Below are positions 11,557 through 21,128 of a stretch of DNA of 64,000 bases, piece by piece. This DNA comes from an uncultured Chlamydiae bacterium (lineage in GTDB: Bacteria; Chlamydiota; Chlamydiia; Chlamydiales; SM23-39). The first letter of the stretch is position 1, and each line of letters starts with the position of its first letter. The position numbers were made by a program, and so were the translations under genes. The stretch is taken from the NCBI GenBank assembly GCA_963828125.1, contig CAWHDP010000002.1, forward strand, positions 704,001-768,000, read 5' to 3'. The notes beneath the pieces were generated by a model that saw only the letters and a list, made by a program, of their open reading frames with translations, did no database searches and had not been told where the DNA came from.

Positions 11557-12392
11557 TGAAAATTGCAGTTATTTGCGCACCCGGGTTGGGCGATGCGGTC
11601 ATTTTGCATATCGCCTCGTACCATTTGTCATTGGCAGGCCACGAAGCGTTCACTGTGACCCCCCACCACTTTGGAAGGTGGCTCCCTCATGCCCAGTCGG
11701 GCGACCCAGAGCAGTGCGACGCCATTTTTCTGCAACACGATAATAGTCTCAAATCGGCTTCAATCCGGCAGCAAAATAGACCTGTCTATACGTTCTTCGG
11801 CAGCCACCAAACAGCCAAGCACGGCCCGTTAAGATCCGGCTTTGATTATGTCTCCGATCTCAACCAGACTATGGTCGCCAATGTGATCGCCTCTCTAAAG
11901 GTCCTCTTCCAAATCGAGGCCACCCCCGACAACGGCCTCCGCCCGCCTCCAGGACTCATCCACCGGCGCCACTCTCAAAGGGTCGCCATCCACTCTACCA
12001 GCGGCGATCCAAAACGGAATTGGCCCGAAGAGAAATTCCGCAAAGTCGCCCATTGGATAAGCCAGCAAGGACTTGAGCCCTCCTTCCTCTCCCCATTTCC
12101 GTCTCTTGAAGATCTCCTCTCCTTTATCTACGAATCGGGCTATTTCCTCGGCAACGACTCTGGCCCCGGCCACATCGCCTCCGCTCTCAAAATCCCCCAG
12201 CTCATCATCGGAAGAGAAGAGCGGCACATGCGCCACTGGCGGCCCGGCTGGGGAGGCGCTGGAGCTCTCATCACCCCTCCCCGATGGATCCCCAATCCAA
12301 AAGGATTCCGCCTCCGAGAGAAATACTGGAAATACTTCATACCCACAAGATCCGTAATTAAAGAATTAAAAAAAAGCGTTTTATGCAATTAA
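11556..12392 (+). CDS. glycosyltransferase family 9 (heptosyltransferase-like)
   Basis: GLGDAV, KRNWPEEKF, FLGNDSGPGHIASAL. Confidence 0.85.
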   Translation: MKIAVICAPGLGDAVILHIASYHLSLAGHEAFTVTPHHFGRWLPHAQSGDPEQCDAIFLQHDNSLKSASIRQQNRPVYTFFGSHQTAKHGPLRSGFDYVSDLNQTMVANVIASLKVLFQIEATPDNGLRPPPGLIHRRHSQRVAIHSTSGDPKRNWPEEKFRKVAHWISQQGLEPSFLSPFPSLEDLLSFIYESGYFLGNDSGPGHIASALKIPQLIIGREERHMRHWRPGWGGAGALITPPRWIPNPKGFRLREKYWKYFIPTRSVIKELKKSVLCN

Positions 12393-12438
12393 ATGACATT
12401 AAAAATTGTATTTAGTAGAATAAAGAACGAGGTGAAAA

Positions 12439-12735
12439 ATGAAAGATCTTCCCCATCATATGAAGAAATTGAACCGGCGCGTGATCCGCTCTGCACAACG
12501 AGAAGAGATGGGAGAGGAGCTGCCCGACGTTCCGACATGGCCCGATTCGGAGAAAGAAAAGCAAAAAAAGGCCAAGCAAAAAATGGCCGCCGCAACAAAA
12601 GCTCGAGCCCCCTCGGACAAAAGTCCAGATCAGCGGAATAAAGAGATGAAAAAAGGGAGAGTCCCTGTATTTAATCGGTACGATGCGCAACCTAAACGGA
12701 GCCTATCTTCCAAGAAAAAAAACCCTAGAATTTGA
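12439..12735 (+). CDS. small basic hypothetical protein
   Basis: 98 aa, K/R-rich, GAGGTG RBS upstream. Confidence 0.7.
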   Translation: MKDLPHHMKKLNRRVIRSAQREEMGEELPDVPTWPDSEKEKQKKAKQKMAAATKARAPSDKSPDQRNKEMKKGRVPVFNRYDAQPKRSLSSKKKNPRI

Positions 12736-12762
12736 CCTCCTCTAGATGGTATCATTTTTGGA

Positions 12763-13659
12763 ATGCGGATCGCCCAACTCTCTGATTTTCATTTTACCCA
12801 ACTGACGTGGAATCCTTTGCGCCTGTTTTCAAAGCGGGTGTTGGGTAATTTGAATTGGCTCTTTTTGCGCCAACACAACTTTTTTGAAGGGCAACTCGAG
12901 TCGTTACCCACCCTTTTTCAAGAACTGAGTGTCGATTGGGTCTTGCTCGGCGGCGATTTTTCAACCACATCGCTCCCGGAGGAATTTGAGAAAGGGGTTC
13001 AATTTGTGAAGGCGCTGAAGTCGCCTTGGATTGCGATTCCTGGCAATCACGATCGGTACACCCGGGGCAGTTGCCGCGATAAGGATTTCTACCGTTTTTT
13101 TACAAATCCGAAGAGGCCAGGTTCCGACCCTGTTGGATCCTTCACTCTGAAAGAGGATCGGATTGAAGCCCATCGACTCAGCCCCGAGTGGCGCCTGATC
13201 GCCCTCGACACTTGTTTAGCGACAAATTTTTACTCGTCGCAAGGGGAATTTTCGCCCCAGCTCGAGGCCTCTTTGGAAGAGGTGTTGAGGCTCATTCCTC
13301 AAAGAGAATCGATCCTCCTTTTAAACCATTACCCATTTTTTCAAAATGATATAGAACGGCACAATTTGATCCGCGGAGAGGCTCTACAACGCCTTTTAGA
13401 AAGAAATCCACGCATCCGGCTCTATCTCCACGGCCATACCCATCGGCACATTGTCGCAGATCTCCAAATCAGCCATTTGCCCATTGTCCTCGATGGCGGA
13501 AGCTGCGCCCAAGGGGACAGAGGATCTTGGAACCTGATCGATCTCAGCGAGAAGAGTTGCGCCGTATCGACCTACCGTTGGAATCAAAAATGGACTCAAA
13601 CCACAACCCAAGAATTTACATGGACACGCCCGACATACCCTGGTTCGATGACGGTTTAA
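12763..13659 (+). CDS. calcineurin-like metallophosphoesterase
   Basis: SDFH, GGDFS, PGNHD, HYP, HGHTH motifs. Confidence 0.9.
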   Translation: MRIAQLSDFHFTQLTWNPLRLFSKRVLGNLNWLFLRQHNFFEGQLESLPTLFQELSVDWVLLGGDFSTTSLPEEFEKGVQFVKALKSPWIAIPGNHDRYTRGSCRDKDFYRFFTNPKRPGSDPVGSFTLKEDRIEAHRLSPEWRLIALDTCLATNFYSSQGEFSPQLEASLEEVLRLIPQRESILLLNHYPFFQNDIERHNLIRGEALQRLLERNPRIRLYLHGHTHRHIVADLQISHLPIVLDGGSCAQGDRGSWNLIDLSEKSCAVSTYRWNQKWTQTTTQEFTWTRPTYPGSMTV

Positions 13660-14075
13660 AATTCAAATGTACCGGGTGCGGGCAATGCTGCACCGGATCG
13701 CCCGGCTATGTATTTCTCTCTAAAAAAGATTTAGAGACGCTCGCAACCCATTTTGGATTGACCGAAGAGGAATTTTTGCAAAAATACACTCGGTATGTCG
13801 ATGGGCAATACGCCCTTTTAGACAGGGAATTCTCCTATGACTGCATCTTTCTAAAAGAAAATCGGTGTTCTGTCTACGGAGCGCGCCCCATCCAGTGCCG
13901 CACCTTTCCCTGGTGGATCCAACACCTCCGGGGACCTGGCGACTGGGAAGAGGCCGCCCTCCGGTGCGAGGGGATCAACCATCCAGAAGCCCCCCTCGTC
14001 CCTTCACTCCACATCCAAGAGCAATGCCTCACCTATCTCGACAATCTCCTTGATCAAAATTTTGATATTGGATAG
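13620..14075 (+). CDS. YkgJ family cysteine-cluster protein
   Basis: FKCTGCGQCC, CIFL..CSVYGARPIQCRTFPWW. Confidence 0.9.
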   Translation: MDTPDIPWFDDGLKFKCTGCGQCCTGSPGYVFLSKKDLETLATHFGLTEEEFLQKYTRYVDGQYALLDREFSYDCIFLKENRCSVYGARPIQCRTFPWWIQHLRGPGDWEEAALRCEGINHPEAPLVPSLHIQEQCLTYLDNLLDQNFDIG

Positions 14076-14085
14076 ATACCCTTGT

Positions 14086-15771
14086 ATGCTGACTTCCGTC
14101 GAACAGAGAATCCAAACCTGGCTGGACGGCCCTTACGATCCTGAGACGAAAGCGGAAATCCGCCGCCTCCTGTCTGTCGATCCAAAAGGGTTATCGGACG
14201 CTTTTTTCAAAGATCTCTCGTTTGGCACCGGCGGAATGCGCGGCGTCATGGGGATTGGCCCGAACCGGATGAATATTTATACAGTTCGGATGGCCACCCA
14301 AGGACTTGCGCGGTGCATTCAGAGAGCGCCCGAAGCAGAGCATAGAGTATTTATCGGCTACGACGTGAGACGCCATTCACGCGAATTTGCCGAGGAGACG
14401 GCCAAAGTTTTGTCCGGCAATGGAATCCGCCCCCTTCTCTCCAAAGAGGTTTGCCCCACTCCCCTTGTCTCCTTTGCCTGTAGGCACTACGGCTGCACAG
14501 CCGCCGTCATGATCACCGCCTCCCACAATCCCCCTCAATATAACGGCTATAAAGTCTATTGGAGCGACGGGGGCCAAATCGTCCCCCCTCACGATCGCGA
14601 GATCATGGCCGAAGTGCAAAACATCAAAAGCCCCGATCAGGTGCAGATAGGGACGCTGTATGAGGAAATTGGCCCCGAAATCGACGCTCTCTATCTCGCC
14701 GCGCTTAAAAAGCTCCAGATGCTCCCCGCGCTTGCCAAAATTCCTCTAGAGATCATCTATACCAACCTCCATGGGACCGGCATCCGATTGATCCCGAAAG
14801 CCCTCAAGGAGTGGGGTTACACCCACCTTCGGTTTGTCGAAAAGCAGCTCCCCCTCGACGGAAATTTTTCATCGGCCCCCTCTCCCAATCCGGAAGAAGA
14901 GAAAGCGCTTAAAATGGGACTCGAACAACTCCATCAAGAAGGGGGCGATCTTTTGATCGCCACAGATCCCGACGCCGACCGAATTGGCGTCGCCGATCCA
15001 AAGACCCGCTTCACCGGCAACCAAATCGCCTGTCTTTGCCTGCACCACATCTGTGAGACCCTCACCGAGAAGGGAGAATTTCCGCAAAACGGCGCCTGCA
15101 TTAAAACCATCGTCACCACTGAGCTTTTCAGAAAAATTGGAGAGAGTTTTGGCGCCAAATGCATGGACGTCCTCACCGGCTTTAAATACATCGGCGCATA
15201 CATCGGCCTCTGGGAAAAGGCTTTTGACGGATATCAGTATCTCTTTGGCGCTGAAGAGTCTTATGGCTATCTCTTTGGCACCTTTGTCCGCGATAAAGAC
15301 GCGATCTCGGCCGCCTGTCTCATCGCCGAAGCGGCCGCCAAAGCCAAAAGCGAAGGGTTCACCCTAACAGATCGGCTCGCCCAAATCTATCGCCGCTACG
15401 GCATCTACCGCGAATCGCTGACGAATCTGGTCTTTTCCGACAGCCAAACAGGGATGGATCAGATGAACGCCCTGATGAAAAACTTACGCCGCTCCCCTCC
15501 CCTTCAAATGGACGGAAAGCCCGTTGTGGTTTTTGAGGACTATCTTCTCGGCAAAGGGAACCTCCCCCCATCGGACGCACTCCGTTTTTGGCTTGCCGAC
15601 GACACAAAAATCGTCATCCGCCCCTCCGGCACCGAACCGAAAGTAAAAATCTACACCGAAATCGTCGAAAAAAAGACAAACGACATCCAATCTGCCGACC
15701 TTCGCCTGAAGCAAATGACAGAGGCGTTCCTCAAAGAGTTCATCTATACTGCGGCCACCCCAAAAGCGTGA
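14086..15771 (+). CDS. pgm: phosphoglucomutase/phosphomannomutase
   Basis: FGTGGMRG, TASHNP, TDPDADR, EESYG, RPSGTEPK; last residues YTAATPKA and the stop come from a family A repeat. Confidence 0.93.
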   Translation: MLTSVEQRIQTWLDGPYDPETKAEIRRLLSVDPKGLSDAFFKDLSFGTGGMRGVMGIGPNRMNIYTVRMATQGLARCIQRAPEAEHRVFIGYDVRRHSREFAEETAKVLSGNGIRPLLSKEVCPTPLVSFACRHYGCTAAVMITASHNPPQYNGYKVYWSDGGQIVPPHDREIMAEVQNIKSPDQVQIGTLYEEIGPEIDALYLAALKKLQMLPALAKIPLEIIYTNLHGTGIRLIPKALKEWGYTHLRFVEKQLPLDGNFSSAPSPNPEEEKALKMGLEQLHQEGGDLLIATDPDADRIGVADPKTRFTGNQIACLCLHHICETLTEKGEFPQNGACIKTIVTTELFRKIGESFGAKCMDVLTGFKYIGAYIGLWEKAFDGYQYLFGAEESYGYLFGTFVRDKDAISAACLIAEAAAKAKSEGFTLTDRLAQIYRRYGIYRESLTNLVFSDSQTGMDQMNALMKNLRRSPPLQMDGKPVVVFEDYLLGKGNLPPSDALRFWLADDTKIVIRPSGTEPKVKIYTEIVEKKTNDIQSADLRLKQMTEAFLKEFIYTAATPKA

Positions 15772-15792
15772 ATTTGGGGCGGCCGCAGTATA
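15745..15792 (+). repeat. 48-bp palindromic MITE-like element, family A short form
   Basis: TATACTGCGGCCACCCCAAAAGCGTGAATTTGGGGCGGCCGCAGTATA. Confidence 0.92.
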
Positions 15793-15866
15793 ATTATCGG
15801 TATTAATAATTATTTTAAATTAAATTAATTATTAATAAAATGAAATAAAACAAACAGGAGTATTTC

Positions 15867-16916
15867 ATGTACGTAGAGAGTTCCAATGGCAGCGCCCCCT
15901 ATATGAATCCACAGCAAGGAGGCAATCCCAGTAAAGGCGCGGAAGTCTATGCAGGCGATACATGTTATATTGATATGGGCATTTTGTATGGCGGCGAGTC
16001 GTTTATGACATGGTGGCCGAATGTCGGGATTGATCAAACGAAATTTGACGCCTATTTGGATAGTCTTTTTGCTAGCTTCAAGAAGAATGGGGTAAATATG
16101 ATGGATCTCTCCTTTGCCCAGCTCTGCGACATTGAACAGCTCGCACAAGGGAAGGGAGAGGGAGCTTCTGGCAATGATAAGATCTCTTCGATCTTTGCCG
16201 ACGGCTACGAGGTAATCCGATCGGATGGGACAAGTACGGGTCAAAACTTTCTCCAATACATGACAGCCCGCGCCCATGCGGACGGAATTAAAGTAGACGT
16301 CTCTTTTGGGGGAGCGAACGCCTCCAGCACCGACTGGGATCCAGGCAAGGGAACGGCGGGAGATCTAGCCAATTTTATGAATGAGTACAATATCGATTCT
16401 GTCGATTTTGATATGGAGACCTCACTGCCCCAAGGGGTCGATTACAATCAGTTTTTCAGCGAGCTTCATTCGTTATTACAGTCCAGCAATAAACAGATGA
16501 TTCTCACTGTGGAAGGGGATTTGAGTAATGCCAAGAAATTAGATTTGAACAACTTTGACGGCGTAAATCTCATGCTCTACTCCACCTCCCAATACTACAT
16601 TGATGCAGATAATGACACTTGGGGCCTCAAGCAGTGGATTGCGGCGGTTGGCAATCCACAAAAAATCCACGTCGGCTTTTACGATTCGATCCCGTATGAA
16701 AATCCATCGGCAAGCGCCGGCGAGCCATACCCCATTCCGGAGGGACTCTCTCGGGGAGATGCGGCAGCCTTTGTCTACGAAAGCGCTCTCAATGAGCTAG
16801 GTTTAACTCCTGACCAGGTAGGCGAACCGTTCTGGTGGTCGGATAATCCGATGACTCTCGCGCAAGATCAGGTGATGCAGGACTTTTGGAGCTACCTGAA
16901 CGGAGAAAACAGGTAA
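15867..16916 (+). CDS. glycoside hydrolase family 18 (chitinase-like) protein
   Basis: KVDVSFGGA and DSVDFDME (DxxDxDxE) motifs, VNLMLY; AGGAG RBS. Confidence 0.82.
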   Translation: MYVESSNGSAPYMNPQQGGNPSKGAEVYAGDTCYIDMGILYGGESFMTWWPNVGIDQTKFDAYLDSLFASFKKNGVNMMDLSFAQLCDIEQLAQGKGEGASGNDKISSIFADGYEVIRSDGTSTGQNFLQYMTARAHADGIKVDVSFGGANASSTDWDPGKGTAGDLANFMNEYNIDSVDFDMETSLPQGVDYNQFFSELHSLLQSSNKQMILTVEGDLSNAKKLDLNNFDGVNLMLYSTSQYYIDADNDTWGLKQWIAAVGNPQKIHVGFYDSIPYENPSASAGEPYPIPEGLSRGDAAAFVYESALNELGLTPDQVGEPFWWSDNPMTLAQDQVMQDFWSYLNGENR

Positions 16917-16934
16917 TCTCGGGCTAAGTCGAGG

Positions 16935-16982
16935 GATACTGCGGCCGCCCCAAAAGTGTGAATTTGGGGTGGCCGCAGTATA
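16935..16982 (+). repeat. family A short palindromic element
   Basis: GATACTGCGGCCGCCCCAAAAGTGTGAATTTGGGGTGGCCGCAGTATA. Confidence 0.92.
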
Positions 16983-16983
16983 A

Positions 16984-18348
16984 TTATTCCCTGACTTTTG
17001 TCAATTGATCGGTCTCGATCTCCAGTGATCTCCCTTCCGCCTGAACTGTAGCCATATTGCCCACGAGTCCTATAATCACTCCTTGGGCTTTTGATCCATT
17101 CTCTGTCCTATAATGGACATGATCATTGACGTGTAAAGTGGGTGATTCTGGACACTCTACTGAGTATTCATTGTGCTGACTCATATCTGACCATGGAGAA
17201 AGCACATTGTCTGGAATCTCAGACAGACCCCCGTTCGTCGATGATGTAGCGGCCTTGGCTTGGAGCATAGCCCCCTGTTTCATTGATTTGCCGGATTTCG
17301 TATTTGCTGGGCTCGATTGTTGCGCTGGCGTATTCATATTCATACTCAACAGCGCGTCGTCTTTTGTGAAAAAAATAGTATCAATCGAGAATTGATGGCG
17401 GCCATTTTTACTAAACCCAACCAGTTGGCCATTTTGGATATACCCACCTGCAACCCTAGGTATGATAGGTCTTCGTCTTCTAGGTCTTACTGTTTGCACA
17501 TTTTGCGTTGAATACGGCGTCCTACGTCGCTTAATACGTGAATACCAGCGCTCACCTCGAGTTAATGCGATTTCAAATGGACCTTCTTTCTGCAAATGAT
17601 AAAACAATATGTAGTAAACTCGACACTTTATTTGCAAAGCTTGAATGCTTTTAATTATTTCGTATTTATCCTCCCGACCTTCATATCCACCTTGATAAAT
17701 TCTAGGTGGAAGAGTCTCAAGTCTTCGATTATCCATATCGATTGTAGTACCACCATTTTGCATGAATAAACTAGGACGATTACGTTTTTTCGGAAACAGG
17801 TTACGATGATCGGTTGTTGTCGATTCTTTCTTTGATGGACCTGCAGCTACATCGCTCTCCCCAATTTTGGCAGGATCCGAGTCGTTCGCATCGGGAGTTC
17901 CGTCTCCCTCTTCAGACGGTTGAGAGCCTTCCGAATTTTGTTCAATCCCATCTGAGGTTACCCACTTGAATGGACTGGCGTCCACATGACCAATCATCCT
18001 GACATTCCTCTCTGGTACGAGAAATGGTTCACAAACTCGTTGAAACGCACTAGCGGCTGATTGGATGGATCGTTGACTGCGATTTGAATCCGTATTTCCT
18101 GCCCCGACTAAATGTTGATTTTGAGGGTCTACATAATCTTTTGGATATATCCACGTGAATGGACTGTTTTCCGCATGGCGAAAGATATCGGAACGACTCT
18201 GCGGACCTGTCGGAATGATGGCAAATGGTTCAGACTCTCGTTGGAACCCATTAGCGACTGATTGACTGCTACTTGAATCCGTATTTTCTGCCTCGATTCG
18301 TTGATTTTGCAAATCAACATTAATGATTAAAGAATTATTTACATTCAT
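16984..18348 (-). CDS. hypothetical low-complexity protein with N-terminal internal duplication, putative effector
   Basis: 454-aa ORF, AT-richer; duplicated QNQ..NTDS..FQR..EPF..SPF.W unit; basic clusters. Confidence 0.75.
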   Translation of the reverse strand: MNVNNSLIINVDLQNQRIEAENTDSSSSQSVANGFQRESEPFAIIPTGPQSRSDIFRHAENSPFTWIYPKDYVDPQNQHLVGAGNTDSNRSQRSIQSAASAFQRVCEPFLVPERNVRMIGHVDASPFKWVTSDGIEQNSEGSQPSEEGDGTPDANDSDPAKIGESDVAAGPSKKESTTTDHRNLFPKKRNRPSLFMQNGGTTIDMDNRRLETLPPRIYQGGYEGREDKYEIIKSIQALQIKCRVYYILFYHLQKEGPFEIALTRGERWYSRIKRRRTPYSTQNVQTVRPRRRRPIIPRVAGGYIQNGQLVGFSKNGRHQFSIDTIFFTKDDALLSMNMNTPAQQSSPANTKSGKSMKQGAMLQAKAATSSTNGGLSEIPDNVLSPWSDMSQHNEYSVECPESPTLHVNDHVHYRTENGSKAQGVIIGLVGNMATVQAEGRSLEIETDQLTKVRE

Positions 18349-18691
18349 AATATTTACTCACATTTTATTTAAAGGAAATGATAATACAAATCAATGGTTA
18401 AAATCAAGTAATATATACAATCGTTCGCGGAACCATAATGGTAGATATCCGCCCCCTAGAGCTGGGGGAACAGACCCCCTTGCGGTGTTTTGGAGAGGAA
18501 TACCAGGATAGGCTAGCTCGGTTTCTAAAAGTGTTCCTGAGCGGTCAGAGGCGAACATGGGGGTAGGAACCACAGGCTCAGAGTGTCAAGTTGTTTACTT
18601 ACTGTTTTTGCTACCTATATTACCAAAAATAGACTAAATTTGGCAGTATGGGCAGCAAGATGATGTACAAAAAGCCCCCAATGTACTCAAT

Positions 18692-18916
18692 GTGGTGCAT
18701 GGTCTGATTGAGGACAAGAGAGGATATCAGTTCATCTTGACCGGCTCGAGCTCCAGAAAACTGAAAAAAGAAGGGGTCAATCTTTTGGGAGGCAGAGTTC
18801 TCTTGAGGCACATGCCCCCTTTTTTCGCAGGGGAATTGGGTAAAGCCTTCGAGTTAGATCGCAATATCAATGTGGGCATGCTGCCTATTGTTTTGGACTC
18901 CCCTTTTCCAATAGAA
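18692..18916 (+). pseudogene. internal fragment of an AAA_14/DUF4143-type ATP-binding protein
   Basis: VHGLIE..FILTGSSSRKLKKEGVNLLGGR..PFFAGEL..GMLP; no Walker A part, truncated at repeats. Confidence 0.75.
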
Positions 18917-18945
18917 AAGCCGATTCTTGAGTCATTTCCGGTATA
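18917..18945 (-). repeat. half copy of family C TATAC-ended element
   Basis: Reverse complement TATACCGGAAATGACTCAAGAATCGGCTT matches 30649-30677 at 26/29 positions. Confidence 0.75.
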
Positions 18946-18991
18946 TACTGCGGCCACCCCAAAAGTGTGAATTTGGGGTGGCCGCAGTATA
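18944..18991 (+). repeat. family A short palindromic element
   Basis: TATACTGCGGCCACCCCAAAAGTGTGAATTTGGGGTGGCCGCAGTATA, sharing a TA with the family C half copy. Confidence 0.93.
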
Positions 18992-18998
18992 ACTCTGT

Positions 18999-21110
18999 TC
19001 AAGGGCTATTCGGCCGCTCTTTTTTCGGATATTTGACCCTGATATGGTGGGACAAGAGGAGAGTTCGGACGAGGGCTTTTTTCACTTTGCCGAGCTCTTC
19101 GAATGTGAGTTGGCACTGATCGAACTGTCCATCTTCCGCTTTCTCGGCAACAAGCCGGTTTACAAGCTCTGTCAATGTCTGTTCGTTGATCTCTTCGAGC
19201 GAGCGGGTGGCGGCTTCCACACTATCACAGATCATGATGATCGCCGACTCTCGGGTGCGGGGCTTGGGTCCCGGATAGCGAAATTCTCTTTCATCCACCT
19301 GTTCGATGCGCCCCCCTTTGAGCTCAAGTTGCTTCCGATAGAAATAATAGACGAGGGTCGTCCCGTGATGCTCGAGAATAATATCGATGAACCCCTGAGG
19401 CAGATGGGCTTTCCTAGCAATCGTTTCGCCGTCTGTTACGTGGGAGATGATGACTTGGGCCGACTCAAGGGGGGTGAGGAGTTGGTGAATATTGATGGCC
19501 CCCTGCTGGTTTTCTGTGTAGAACTGGGGGTTATTCATTTTGCCGACGTCGTGGTAGAGGGTTGCCGCCCTACAAAATAGGCCGTTTGCGCCAATGGCCT
19601 GGGCGCAGATTTCGGCGAGGTTGCCGAGGACAAGGCTGTGCTGATAGGTGCCAGGGACTTCGAGAGCAAAGCGGCGAAGGAGTTCGCTGCCGGGATCGGT
19701 ATACTCCATAAGGGTCATGTCAGTGACGACGCCGAAGAGCGTCTCTAGAGCAGGAAGGAGACCGACGACGAGGATAGCGGTGATGAGGAGAAAGGCAAAA
19801 GAGGCGCCGATATTGATGAGAAGAGAGGCGGAGGCGAGTTGATTTTCCGCGAGGGTGAAGGCATAAAGGACAGGTATAGCGCTCAGCCAAGACTTCATGC
19901 AGACGGTAAAGACCTCTTTCCTCTTCCGAAGGCCGCGCGAGCCGATGATCACGACAATCGAGGTGACAAGGTTCAGGATGAGGAAGTGGCTATGATCTAC
20001 GGCGAGGCTGACCGAAAGGAGGATCGAGAGAAAAGTGGCTGCAAAAAGAGCAGTGCGAGGCGAGAGAAGAATGCAGATGAGAATCGTGGCAAACGGGGCC
20101 ACAACAGGATAGCGGATCGCTTCAATAATATCAGATGTGCTCTTCAGGAGAATATATTCGGTGAATTTGGCAAAGAGAAGGGTCAATATGACAATGCAGA
20201 CAAAGAGCGCAATCTCTCGGAGCGAGCGGATGAAGGTGGGCTGGCTGATCCGAAAATAAAGGCCGCTAATGGTAACAAAAATAACTGACAAAATAAGACT
20301 GGCGAGGATTGTCAGGGGATCCCAAATATTGCGGCTTTCAGAGATCGCCTGCTTCATCGCTTGCATCATCGTTAAATGGCGCGATGAGATCAATTCGCCC
20401 TGATTGATCATCCGCGTGCCGGCGAGGACTTTGGTCATTTTATCGGGGACGGTCCTCCCGACTTGGGCCCTCAAACTCCTTTCGAGAGCGCCGTCTTGGA
20501 TGAGGCTCCAGGAGCGATGTTGAAAAGAGCGGATCACAAAATCGACGGTCTCTCGATGAAAAGCGCCGTTTTGCATAATCTGTAGAGCCGTCCTTTGCCA
20601 AAATTCTTGCGGAAGGGCGAGGGGAGTATTGGCCCCTTCAGGGATATAGTCGAAATAAGAGCTATCGGGAAGGTGCAGCTCTTTAATTTTTTGGATAGTG
20701 CGCGGATCAGTGAAGCGGGCCTCGATCAAGAGGGTCTCCAGCTCATCGGAGGCTTTATACATCTCTTCAAATGTACTTTTCGGGGCCGCTTCGCGCCAGG
20801 CTTTATTCCGAATCAAATCTTCTTCTAGCTCGTAACGGGCGTCCCGAATTTGTTTGTCATCGATCTGATAAATCGCCCCGACGTCTTGCATTGCCTGCTG
20901 CTTCAAGACAATCGTCGTCTCATAATCGGGAAATTCAAAGTCGATCTGAGCGACGATATACCGGGAAGCGGTGGTGTTGAGCTCAAGAACTTCGAGCCGC
21001 ACTTCGCGGAAGTGGAGGAAAAGGGCTAAGAAAAAAACGCAGACAAAGCCAACAAGCAGCCGCCATCCCCGATCATTGGAAGCAAGCCACCCTTGCCAAT
21101 TTTTGTTCAT
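18999..21110 (-). CDS. membrane 7TM-HD phosphohydrolase (PgpH-like cyclic-di-AMP phosphodiesterase)
   Basis: Extracellular domain, multiple TM helices, PGTYQHS, YHDVGK, HHGT, FRYPGPKP, DSVEAA. Confidence 0.88.
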   Translation of the reverse strand: MNKNWQGWLASNDRGWRLLVGFVCVFFLALFLHFREVRLEVLELNTTASRYIVAQIDFEFPDYETTIVLKQQAMQDVGAIYQIDDKQIRDARYELEEDLIRNKAWREAAPKSTFEEMYKASDELETLLIEARFTDPRTIQKIKELHLPDSSYFDYIPEGANTPLALPQEFWQRTALQIMQNGAFHRETVDFVIRSFQHRSWSLIQDGALERSLRAQVGRTVPDKMTKVLAGTRMINQGELISSRHLTMMQAMKQAISESRNIWDPLTILASLILSVIFVTISGLYFRISQPTFIRSLREIALFVCIVILTLLFAKFTEYILLKSTSDIIEAIRYPVVAPFATILICILLSPRTALFAATFLSILLSVSLAVDHSHFLILNLVTSIVVIIGSRGLRKRKEVFTVCMKSWLSAIPVLYAFTLAENQLASASLLINIGASFAFLLITAILVVGLLPALETLFGVVTDMTLMEYTDPGSELLRRFALEVPGTYQHSLVLGNLAEICAQAIGANGLFCRAATLYHDVGKMNNPQFYTENQQGAINIHQLLTPLESAQVIISHVTDGETIARKAHLPQGFIDIILEHHGTTLVYYFYRKQLELKGGRIEQVDEREFRYPGPKPRTRESAIIMICDSVEAATRSLEEINEQTLTELVNRLVAEKAEDGQFDQCQLTFEELGKVKKALVRTLLLSHHIRVKYPKKERPNSP

Positions 21111-21128
21111 ATTTATAATATACCATCC

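Noticed and set aside
15745..18991. Integron attC cassette array
   Set aside because: No RYYYAAC/GTTRRRY core sites, no integrase in the window, and the enclosed genes face opposite directions.
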